Source: Octopus vulgaris (lineage: Eukaryota). From it: a stretch of DNA of 64,000 nt. The stretch is from the NCBI GenBank assembly GCA_951406725.2, contig OX597833.1, positions 60,450,001 to 60,514,000 on the forward strand, written 5' to 3'. The notes beneath the pieces are model-generated. The model was given only the letters and a program-made list of their open reading frames with translations, was not told where the DNA came from and made no database searches. How positions within the stretch are numbered: the first letter of the stretch is position 1; each line of letters begins with the position of its first letter. The translations under genes were made by a program, and so were the position numbers. Positions 52,463 to 64,000 of the stretch are shown here, piece after piece.

Positions 52463-53828
52463 TTTCGGTTTCTGTCTACCACATCCACTCACAAGGCTTT
52501 GATCAGTTCAAGGGTATACGATAAACACTTGCCCAAGGTGCCACACAGTGAGACTGAACCTGGAATTATGTGGTTGGGAAGCAATCTTCTTACCACACAG
52601 CCATGCTGTGAAAGATATTATCATGACAAGGAAGTGGTTTATCCATCAAATGATCATGTGGTATAAACAGGAATAAAATTGTTTGATTGACAGCCACTGC
52701 ACTTAGAATTCGCAGGATTATATGAATTAAGCCAATGCATTTGGTCATAAATTAAGGAAGTCTTTTGTGTTGTCTGAACACAGACAAGGTGCTCTTTTTA
52801 AAGTTTGTAGTTGTAAGGAGATCAGCAAATCTGCAAGTTTTGAAAAGAAATAATGAACCAGATACCAAGACTATTCCAAGAAATCAGGATTCAATATAAC
52901 TCTCTAACAACTGGTTTTTCTCTCAATTTTTTTTTTAAATACTGCAATCAGCATCATAAATATCATTTAAAATTCATTTTCCATATTGGAATAGGTTGGA
53001 CAGTTTGACAGGAGCTGGTCAGCTGGAGAGCTGTACCAGGCTCCAATTCTCTGTTTTTGGTATGGTTTCTACAAATTGATGACCTTTCTAATGCCAACCA
53101 CTTTACAAAGTGTACTAGCTGCTTTTTGCATGGCACCAGGACCCGTGCTTTTTGTGGAACAGGCACAGATGTGCTTATGTGGCACCAGCACTGGTGCTTT
53201 TTACAACTAGCATGGGACGTCAAGGTTTCTTTCAGTTTCCATCTACCAAGTCAACTTACACAGCTTAGGTCAGCCCACGCTATAATAGAAGACACTTGCC
53301 CAAGGTGTCACACAGTGGGACTAAACCTGGAACCATGTGAGGAGGAAACAACTTTCTTACCACCCAGCTACGCCCAATTTATATAATTACGTCCTTGCTT
53401 ATTACATTCAATATACAGTATGTATATTCCAATGTACCATGTGTGTACATATACACACCAAAAAATAGATTCTTCCCTCACTGGTTTGTGGTTTGACAAG
53501 GGTCCACTGTGTATGTAATTTATATATGGACATAGTGTAGTCTATTTATCTATATTTATCTATATATATATATAATTCATGCATAGATATAGTATGATTT
53601 AATATATAATTTATATTTCATGCTAGCATGGTGGGCAGATGTAAAATGATGATGAATGACATTGGTGGTGGTGAAGATGGTGGTGGTCGTGATGTGATGA
53701 TGAAAGGTCAAATATAGTCTCATTTTGTTAACTCTGATTTGAGAGAATTATGAAAGCCTTTTTCACTATGAAGTAAAACAACATCAATTGAAGAGTGTCT
53801 AAACCTCTTGAAAAATGGAGTTGATGTT

Positions 53829-53990
53829 GGCGCAGGAGTGGCTGTGTGGTAAGTAGCTTGCTTACTAGCCACATGGTTCCGGGTTCAGTCCCACTGCGTG
53901 GCACCTTGGGCAAGTGTCTTCTACTATAGCCTCAGGCCGACCAATGCCGTGTGAGTGGATTTGGTAGACGGAAACTGAAAGAAGCCTGTC

Positions 53991-54023
<33 letters not shown>

Positions 54024-54250
54024 TATATGTGTTTGCGTGTCTGTGTTTGTCCCCCTAGCATTGTTTGACAACCGATGGTGGTGTGTTTACGTCTCCATCA
54101 CTTAGCGGTTCGGCAAAAGAGACTGATAGAATAAGTACTGGGCTTACAAAGAATAAGTCCCGGGGTCGATTTGCTCGACTAAAGGCGGTGCTCCAGCATG
54201 GCCACAGTCAAATGACTGAAACAAGTAAAAGAGAAAGAGAAAGAGAGAGA
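53829..54250 (+). mobile_element. SINE family B1 (full length)
   Basis: Near-identical to 8355-8768. Confidence 0.9.
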
Positions 54251-54702
54251 GTATCTGTATTGCCGGATATAGAAAACTAAATAACTTTTAGCAGGTTATC
54301 AATACTGTCCCAGGAGGGGAGTAATTCAATAACTGATGTTAATGTTTTGCAATAGTAACAAAAGGGGAGAATGCAGAGGACAGTGGAGATTGATTAATAA
54401 GTGAGGAAAAGGGACGGGAGAGTGTTGGGTGACAGTCCCTTCATTTTCCATCCCCTTCCCCATAAGAAATTCACCCGGCAACCCCAAGCCATTTAAAACA
54501 GCTTCAACTGTCCTCTCTATACAACATGTTAAGGAGCGGCACCCTATCCGCCACGATTAATACTATATTACAGTGACAATTTATCGTCACGTGAGAGGCG
54601 ACAAGGATTGCTCTGGTGTCGCAGCAAAGGATACTGAGCAGTCGCACTGGAGATGATCGTGGAATCCCTCTATCCAGATAAATGTGCACAGCTTTTGCAA
54701 AG

Positions 54703-54992
54703 AGTGTGCGTATGTGTGTGTGTGTGTATATGTGTTTGTATATGTGTTTGTATGTGTGTGTGTGTGCATGTGCATTTATGTATATGTTTGTGTATATGTG
54801 CGTATATGTATGTGTGTGTATAGGTGTATATGTGTGTGTGTGTATGTGCATATATGTATGTGTGTGTATGTGCATATATGTATATGTGTGTATATATGTG
54901 CGTATGTGAGCATGTATGTGTGTATATATGTGTGTGTATATATATATGTGTACGTATAAGTGTGTATGTGTATAAATATATATATATATATA
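54703..54992. repeat. Compound (TG)/(TA) microsatellite
   Basis: Directly visible. Confidence 0.95.
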
Positions 54993-55463
54993 ATTCAACA
55001 AGAACTAAAGTGTATATTCACATCGCACATGCACAATGGCAAAATATAATATGTACATGAGAATAGAATCCTAGTATGGCTTTGGTTCTGCTGGCCAAAA
55101 GAAGCAAAAGAAAATTTATACACTTTGCTTTTAATAACCACACACACACAATGAGTGTGTATAAATACAATACACCATTTGCAGGAGAGAGAGAGTCTTG
55201 GGTATTTCATAAGAGTTAGTCAGAATAGCTCCCTTTAGTCAAGCTGCTGCTATGGCAGATAAGGGGGGACGTTTTATATCAATAGATTATATTAAAATAT
55301 GGTTTATATATATTATGTGTATTTATGTATGTAAACAAAAAGCGCATAGATGAACGTATAATAAGATGGAACATATTGGTTGTGCAAATAGGGAAGAATT
55401 TCAGTCGTCATAAAATAGATTTTTCTGCAATGCAATAAATGTTGATACCACAAAAAAAAAAAA

Positions 55464-55498
<35 letters not shown>

Positions 55499-55671
55499 AG
55501 AAAAAAAAAAAAAATGAAGAATGCTAAGGAAACACCACCACAAGTGACAGCAGCACCATCAATACTGGAGGAGAGAAAAAAAATGAAAAATGATGGCTTT
55601 TCATGTAAATGGTATCACAATAAACGTGTCCCTAAATAAGAGACAGTTGTGTGTTGTACAAGCAAGGATCT

Positions 55672-55710
<39 letters not shown>

Positions 55711-56148
55711 ATGAGGGAAAAATAAGAGCTGTGTCATACAGTCAGCCTACTCCCTCCTCAACGAACTGACCTACATAACAGATTATGTAGCAAAATAATT
55801 GAGTCATTTAAAATATACATATATATATATATATGCATACATGTGTATATATTAAATATGTGTACACACACATACATAGATAGATATATGTACACGTGCA
55901 CATTTTCATGTATGCATGCTTATATTCATACATATTGACATATAATATAGTGATGCCTACACACACACACACACACAAACAAACTTTCTTTTTAATTAAG
56001 TGAAAAGTTTAAAAAAAGTGGCTCAAAGGCTGCGAGATTTGTGTATGGCACTTATGTGCCATAAACGAAACCTTTAGCCTCTTAGTCCATTTTGTAACTT
56101 TTCACCCAATTATAAAAAGATATATCAACATGCACACACATTTGTATA

Positions 56149-56191
<43 letters not shown>

Positions 56192-56194
<3 letters not shown>

Positions 56195-56517
56195 GCTGTG
56201 ATACCAGTGCCGGTGGCACATAAGAGAACCATCCAAATGTGGTCGTTGCCAGCGCCGCCCTGACTGGCTTCCGTGCTGGTGGCATGTAAAAAGCACCATC
56301 CGATCGTGGCCGTTTGCCAGCCCTGTCTGGCACCTGTGCTGGTGGCACGTAAAAAGCACCCACCACACTCATGGAGTGGTTGGCGTTAGGAAGGGCATCC
56401 AGCCGTAGAAACATTGCCAGATCAGACTGGGCCTGGTGCAGCCTCCTGGCTTCCCAGACCCCAGTTGCACCGTCCAACCCATGCTAGCATGGAAAGCGGA
56501 TGCTAAATGATGATGAT
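56192..56517 (+). mobile_element. RTE 3' UTR fragment (family C)
   Basis: Tandem units and (GAT)n tail. Confidence 0.82.
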
Positions 56518-57006
56518 ACATATATATATATACACGCACACATTGATTGCCTCATCTTGTCAGATGTGAGCCATTGCATTGTTCAATGTTCACAGCCATT
56601 CAGTCTTGTAGCTCTAGAATGAGTGATAAAGCCAGCTGATGATTTACAAGGTCTTGAACAAACAGGCAACAACCATCAGGGTATGTCTGTTGTATACCAT
56701 TCTATTGCAGATTTCTTATTGCAAGTCTAAATCCAACACATGAAGCTGAAAATCGATCAGTCAAAATTTGTATCAGTATCATCTGCATAAACTAATTGAA
56801 GGATCAAAAGCATTGGAGGTCTTAAGAGGCACAGTTGAATCCTCCTCGGGTCAAAGACTTCCTGTTATAAACTACAACTAGAAACCAATGTCACAAATCT
56901 TGAAAACATAAACGTGTGGGGAAGTAAACTAAAAATAGAAAGGGAGCCTGAATATCTCCCTGTTTAACTCCATTGCCCATTAAAAGTGATTCAGGCATCA
57001 CAACAT

Positions 57007-57310
57007 TATCATCATCATCGTTTAATGTCCACTTTCCATGCTAGCATGGGTTGGACGGTTCGACTGGGGTCTTGGAAGCCAGGAGGCTGCACCAGGCCCA
57101 GTCTGATCTGGCAGTGTTTCTACAGCTGGATGCCCTTCCTAACGCCAACCACTCCGTGAGTGTTGTGGGTGCTTTTTACGTGCCAGACGAGACTGGCAAC
57201 GGCCACGATCAGTTGGTGCTTTTTACGTGCCACCGGCACGGAGGCCAGTCGCAGCAGCACTGGCAACGACCACGTTCGGATGGTTCTTTTAACGTGGCTG
57301 TTACCAGCAC
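57007..57310 (-). mobile_element. RTE 3' UTR fragment (family C), tail-to-tail with 56192-56517
   Basis: Reverse-complement match. A short oppositely oriented unit follows at ~57303-57352. Confidence 0.82.
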
Positions 57311-57910
57311 TGCCTCAACTGGCCTCTGTACCGGTGGCACGTAAAAAGCACCAAATGTTATAATATAATCCTTTAAACATGTTTACAAAGTTTGTAGGAC
57401 AACCCAACCAATGTACCAAGGACTTACCACAATGCCTCTATGTTAATAGTTAAAAAAAGCCTTGCCAAGTCAACAAAACCCAAATGTAGGGGCACCTGCT
57501 GCTCAATACACTTCTCTTGAAATTACCTCGCAGAGAAAATCATGTCTATAGTACTCCTCCCTGATCTAAAATCAGGTTGTTTCAGATAGTAATGAGGGTC
57601 AGATGTCTTTCAACAACAATCTGAATAGTACCCAAAATCTTCAAACCAAATGCCAACTCCTCAACTTAGGGTACCCCTAACCGTTCAGTTTAGGGCACAC
57701 ACCCGACTCCTTGATTTCAGGTACACACTGACTTTGGGCACACCACAACCATGGGTTCTTAGCTTAGGGTACAACCGGGTCTGACTCTTCAGTTTGTAAT
57801 TAAGCTAATCCTCCATTTCTTATATTGATTGAAAACCTACAACAGATACAGACTATGTGGAATGTTCAAACAACTCTTTACTTCCCTGATCTGTTAAAGA
57901 TTCAGTTTAA

Positions 57911-58171
57911 TCCTTTAGTATTTAGATTACTGTCAAATGTATTCACTTTGCTTTAAATTAATCATGCTTTATCTTGTGGCATTGAATTTGAATTCACAAC
58001 ATAAAGAGCCGGAAGAAATACTGCTAACCATTTTGCCCAACTCGCAATGATGTGATTGTTTATTTTCAGAATAACAGTGTAGGGTAAGTGTGAGAAGCCA
58101 AATATAGTCAGTTTGAACATAAAACAAGTAGAATATTTGGGTTGGATATGGCTGGCTTAACTGCTGAAGGA
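57911..58171. mobile_element. Degenerate piggyBac-type MITE P1 containing a family A fragment
   Basis: ttaa|tcctttagtatttagattact...aatgatgtgattgtttatt...; family A remnant at ~57983-58045. Confidence 0.6.
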
Positions 58172-61114
58172 TTACAGGCTGTTGCTATGTCATTGGTATA
58201 TAATTGTAGAATTAAGCGCAAGACAAACTATACAAAATTAAGAAAGAGGCTGTCATAGTCAAACAATATTGGGGAAACAAACTAAAAGAAAATAAGGACA
58301 TCTTTGTTTACCAGTTGAAAATTTTCAGTAACTCAAAGTTAAAACTAAAAGATTAAACCACTGAAATAACTTAAGCTCAGATTCGTAATTCCATAATCCT
58401 TCCCTCTTGAGATTAAAGCACTGTTTGAATATAACATGAAAAATTATATGAACTGAAATTTTCAAATTCAAGATGGCAAGCTGATAAAATTATTAGCGAG
58501 TTGGGCAAAATGCTTAGCAGCATTTCTTCTGACTCTCTATGTTGTGAGTTCAAATTCTGCTGAGGGTCATTTTGCCTTTCATCCTTTCAGTGTCAATAAA
58601 GTTCCAGTTAAACACAGGTCGATGTAATCAATTTACTGCCTTCGTTAAAATTGCTGGCCTTATGCCAAAATTTGAAGCCATTATTTTTAAATTATTACTT
58701 ATGAAATTGGAAATTTTAGCCTTATATTAAATTTTACATTTATCAAAGTTGGAGTTAGTACATTTTTACTAGCTACAATTCTAGTGATTGCTTCTGACTC
58801 CAAGACTGAAGTTTAAGGGAATTATGATACAGATTTAGATCTTTTACCTTAATATGTTGAAACAGATAATTCCCTCAAACAGTCTTGTGACACTGGGCAG
58901 ATGGAATCATTTAACTGCCAATTTACAGCAGTTCTATTAGGATACCATCTAATCCTGGTAGTACCTTACCACTATTGCCAAAACCACTTCGTTCTCTGTA
59001 AGCTTACAACTTATAAGATGAAACACATCTTGTTTGGGGGAAATGGGGAGCCGTCAAAAACCTCACCATCTGAGCACTAAAATATTATAAAAGAAACTTT
59101 TTTTTAAGAGAGGGGCTAGAAAAATGTTGCTTCCAATTCTGCATGGATACTTTAAGGGTCTTTAATGAATGTCATGCTATCTATGAATATTCTAGAGGAA
59201 CTATAGATGATTACTGTGAGCCAAAGACCTGGCATAAAAGACTAAAGATAGATATAGAATCTTAACTCGACACAGAGGAATTACAACCGTGTTTCGTGGT
59301 CTGCTACCACAACAGCTCCTTTATAGGATCCAGTTAGCTCAAGACATCATCAGGAGGAACCATGTCCGGTTTCGGCCCCTACTCCTCTACTGTTTTGACG
59401 TGGTGTTGGGTGCATGTCTTCTTTCTTCTGTTCCCTGGCCTCTTCGATGTATCGTCAGCGAGTGTCAGCCAGTGACTGACTGACTTGTCAAATTTGTCCC
59501 TTTAAACCAAAATTGCTGTTAATCCTCTTTACCTCTCATTGCACAGTTACCTAAAGCACTTCAAAAAACTTAGCAATAATTGATAAATTCTACAGATACA
59601 AGTCTAACAAGAGATTAGTAAAGGGAAGTGTTTCACATCCAGTAGCTGGCTGATGCTAGTATTATCATCAAACCAGTCTCTGATTCCTTTTCTTGAAACC
59701 AAGTACCTCAACTCCCAAACACTAAAATTTGTTCTTAAGGTTATCCCAAGAAACATCAAAAATAAGATCAATAAACTATTATTAGACACAGTTTTTCAAA
59801 TGTCTGGTTGTGTCAGTTTTGCCACATCAAAATGCTTTGAAAGTCTTATCCCACGCAAGCAAAAACTTTCCTCAAATTGAAAGCTTAAACTTTCTATGTA
59901 CCATTTTTGGCCAATGTCACATTCAGTACTATGTCGCACAGACATTGCAGACATCTAGACTATAAACTTTATGAATTGCTATGAAATCTGTCACGTGGAC
60001 TGGTTTTGGATGAATCTATGCAACCATGCACTTTAGTTGGTGACAGATATTACAGATAAAAGGTGATACTGATAGCTAGAAAGGTGTTACATGGTGTTAT
60101 AGATACCATGAAGAGTGTTACAAGGTGCTATAGATAGGTGTTTGATGTTAAAGATAGCTAGATTTCCTGTGTCAAAGTGAGCAAGCATTTTCCAGGTCTG
60201 CTGTTGTTGTCCAATTCATGCACCAAAGTCAACAAAAAGTATCAGCTTCTAATAAATAGTTTAGGATGAATAAAAGGATTCAGAGAATCTTTGATGGTTG
60301 TGAGAGCTGAGCCATAAACTGGGTTATAAAAATACATATTGTCCTCATAAGAGTGGGGATGAGAATTTTATAATGTAGATGTTTATGTTGTATTGTCACT
60401 GCATCTGTCCAAGTAGTTCTGATAGCAAAAACTCTCTCCACCATCTTCCCTTTCACCATTTAGTTTCCAAACCTAAAATATTGTGAAATCAGATAATTCT
60501 TTACTTAATTGATCCTAATCTGATAGGCAGAGAATAAAAATTGCTGCTCTATCTGTTTAATCATTGTGATTCTCTGGCTACAAGTGCTGTTCTATATTGT
60601 GGTCAATTAACTCAGTTTCCAACATACAAGTCGGGATATAATACATAGCATCTAAACATTCGGGCATCATCACCATCTTTCCAACTCCTGCTACATTTCA
60701 CATGGAATTTTTGGTCCTTTAAAGTCATTCTGATGTATAAGTTGGCCTATACATTTTGGCTGTAAATTTCCATATCTGGAAAGTTTGGCGCAAGCATTTT
60801 TGCCACAAGAAATTTTGCCCCAGGATTTCTGACCATAAAGTTCACTGCATAGGAAATTCTGCCGCAAGACAACTTTGCCGGGAAAAAGATATATTACTTC
60901 CTTGGTATATAATTGTTTCAACCAACTTATCTATTATATTATTATGGCAAAGCTACAAGGGATTGGGGAAGGGGCAAAATAAAGCAAACTAAAAGATGTT
61001 TTCAAAAAAAAAATTCTGCTTAAATAAAAAGTAATACAACATAAATAGGATAAAATTTACAAAGAACAAAAAGAAAACAAAAAAAAAACAACAAATCTAA
61101 AACAGAATTATAAA

Positions 61115-61145
<31 letters not shown>

Positions 61146-61634
61146 AAAAGCAATTTTTTTCAGAGCTGCAATTTCTCTAAATCAGGTTGCATGCCATATC
61201 TTCAAAATTATCTATATAGTGAAATTATCTTACAGCAAAGTTTCTATGGCGAGTTTTCCTGCAGCAAAAATGTTTATGGCGAATGTTCCTAGAACTGTAA
61301 ATTTTGGTCTGAGAAATTCAACTTGTATACCAGAAAATACAGCAGATGAAACAACTCAGAAGAAACCTTACATCCCAACAACAGACGTTAAACAGGATTC
61401 TCTCTTTTACATAGAATTTAGTATTGTAATTGTTACCTTTCTCCTACCTGCCTTATTAAGCTGTTGTTAGTTGCACTAAACTAACTACTTGAAATAGACA
61501 AATTTTTATGTACCATTGCAAGAAACTAAGTAAGATGTTTTCAGACACAAGAATATTTCAACCCACAAAGACATGATAATATTGATTAAAAACATTTGTC
61601 ACCCACAAGTAGATTCACAATTATGTTTTAACTG

Positions 61635-61927
61635 TTTGCTCCTTGTCAAACTACGCTTGGCTCATAAGGGCCAGTTTCCCAGTTTCCTTGGCGTATAGGT
61701 TCCCCACCTGGATGGGACGCCGGGCCGTCGCAGGTGATCTGCAAGATGCAGGAGGAAAGAGTGAGAGAAAGTTGTGGCGAAAGAGTCAGCAGAAGTTCGC
61801 CATTACCTTCTGCCGGAACCGCGTGGAGCTTAGGTGTTTCGCTCATAAACAAACACATCGCCCGGTCTGAGATTTGAACCTGTGATCCCTCGACCGCTGC
61901 TCTAACCACAAGGCCATGTGCCTCCAC
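61635..61927 (-). mobile_element. tRNA-derived SINE (family E-like head, different tail)
   Basis: gtggaggcacatggccttgtggttagagc...ggttcaaatctcagaccgggcg; imperfect flanking repeat caatt..gttttaactg. Confidence 0.8.
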
Positions 61928-62599
61928 AATTGTTTTAACTGGTCAGGTGGAGACCTGACGTTGCCATATTTCCATCACTACAGGACAAGTCAGAGACTTG
62001 GTAAGCAGTAATCTGCTACTGATCATCATGTAAACCAGTAAAATCCAGGTTAAATTAGTGTATCAAACACTAAAGCTAACAGCTCAACCATGGTGAAGAG
62101 TATAACACCCTGCAGAATGAAAAACAAGACATGTCAAAGGGTAGATGAACCCCAAAGAGTCAACAGCCATGTCATTCATCATCATCATTTAACGTCCGCT
62201 TTCAATGCTAGCATGGGTTGGACGTGTGACTGAGGGCTGGCGAACCAGTTGGCTGCACCAGGCTTCAATCTTGATCTGGCAGAGTTTCTACAGCTGGATG
62301 CCCTTCCTAACGCCAACGTAATTAATCTGTATATATGCATGTGCATATAATATGTATATACAAGCATATGCTAATGCACATTTACATTGATACATGTTTG
62401 TAGAAATGCCTCGGTTGGGGCCTGGACACACATTAAACCACTCAGAGAAGGAAACCTCTGAATTCAAATCTCCCTTGACTTATGGTCTCAATTTAATGGA
62501 CAAGGCTAGGATATGGGTCCTGATATAAAACCTGTCATGGATACAGATACTGGTTGTCCCGTTCTTGCTTGTCATTGCATATTTAATATAGACACTTAG

Positions 62600-63156
62600 T
62601 GGGTGCAGGAATGGCTGTGTGGTTGAGAAGTTTGCTTCCAAACATATGGTTGTGGGTTCAATCCCATTGTGTAGCACCATGACCAAGTGTCTTCTATAGC
62701 CCTAGGCCAACCAAAACCTTGGGTGCTGATTTGGTAGACAAAAACTGAAAGAAGCTTATGTATTTATGCATATATGCGTATAAAGGTGTGTGTGTTTTTA
62801 TGTACCTTCGTCTTGACATTACATGATGGTTGTACACAAAAGTTACCCTCATGCAAGCAAAGTGGTTTGTTTCTAATCTTCCACAAAAACATGCCTAGAA
62901 AGTCCTGTGATTGTGGAAATGTGGTGGCCAGTGATTTTATGTGACACCAGCACCAACAGGGTTACCGAAACACTGGTGATGGTACCACATAAAAAGCACC
63001 TAGTGTACTCTTTAAAGTGGTTGGCATTAGGAAAGGCATCCAGCTATACAAACCATGCCAAAACAGATAATGGAACCTGGAGTGGCTTCTGGCCTTGCCA
63101 GCTCTTTTCAAATCATCCAGGCCTTGCCAGCATGGAAAACAGACATTAAATGATGA
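62600..63156 (+). mobile_element. SINE family B2 joined to family C tail
   Basis: B head, truncated B2 body, then family C UTR and (GAT)n. Confidence 0.7.
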
Positions 63157-63319
63157 TATACACACACACAGATATAAATACATGCACATGACATCAATAT
63201 ATAGATACTGAGTAATACTAACTGATTAAATGATGAACATATAGCAATATGCAAGAATACACACACACATACATACATACATACATACATAAAGATTATC
63301 TGTCTATATATATATATAT

Positions 63320-63688
63320 GAGCAAAACGCCCCTTTCCAATGGACGGTGCTGAGTTGTCAAACATTTAAACCAAATTTTCTCAGAACAACTTGTCCGACC
63401 GTCCCATAGGCCTCCCCTTTGAGAAACACTGATTTAACCTAAATTTGAGACACTGTGCATTTTTCTCGCACACGCGTAGTATCGATCACAACAGCTGATG
63501 TACTTGCACGTACAAATGCACGTTCCCACAGCTTTATCAATCGCATTCTCACCAGGAATCGATTTTTGTAATTTTTTCAAGACTTATACACGCCCTGATA
63601 CCTTTGGTATCTACATATCAAATTTGAGCCGGATGGAGGATGCCCGAGATCCTAGAAGAGACAGACAGAACGGATTTTATATAATAGA
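63320..63688 (-). mobile_element. Probable Helitron-type non-autonomous element (5' part)
   Basis: Minus strand begins A|TCTATTATATAAAATCCGTTCTGTCTGTC; no CTAG 3' end seen. Confidence 0.55.
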
Positions 63689-64000
63689 TATGTGTGTGTG
63701 TGTGTGTGTGTTAATATGTATATATGTATCTGAAAAAGCTTCCTTTCTATTTATAGCAAATTAGAGATTTTAATTAGTAAGAGCAAATCTTGTCAAAACT
63801 CAGGATTGAACTAAAAACCTTTAGAACTTCTAATCCCATGCTCTCCCAACTGAATTACTTCAGTTACCTGTTAACCCTTTTGTTACAATATTTAGTTTGA
63901 GATGCTCTATGTTTCTTTCAATTATTTTAAATATAACATAATTTAGTAAAATAACTTAGTTATCATTAAGATAGTGTTAGGAACATAAATTGTGACTAAG

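Noticed and set aside
59280-59380. Hammerhead-like pieces on the minus strand (gtggt/accac-GAAAC; separate CTGATGA)
   Set aside because: The core elements cannot be assembled into one fold: CUGANGA is missing in one arrangement and stem I in the other.

Overview
AT-rich, repeat-dense eukaryotic DNA. The SINE, RTE and microsatellite content suggests a coleoid cephalopod (octopus-like); this is inferred from repeat style, not proven. The only host coding sequence I can support is one 147-nt minus-strand exon (7069-7215) encoding the EF-hand part of the TKB domain of a Cbl-family E3 ubiquitin ligase. The ORF track misses it. I found no neighbouring Cbl exon, so the rest appears intronic (upstream intron >56 kb). 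That space holds several tRNA-derived SINE families, 3' fragments of RTE LINEs, a DD37D (maT) Tc1/mariner relic, hAT, piggyBac-type and other MITEs, non-autonomous Helitrons, and mini/microsatellites. Almost all listed ORFs are artefacts of these repeats. The most unusual signals are: (1) a ~460-bp palindromic insertion with a 13-bp TSD, made of two tRNA-headed units, one ending in a decayed Penelope-type minimal hammerhead ribozyme, plus three more hammerhead-like motifs elsewhere; (2) repeated retroelement insertions at nearly the same site of one MITE family; (3) a SINE dimer with an identical junction at two loci; (4) many closely spaced inverted repeats that could form dsRNA in the pre-mRNA. 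Repeat boundaries were read by eye and are approximate unless a TSD is given.
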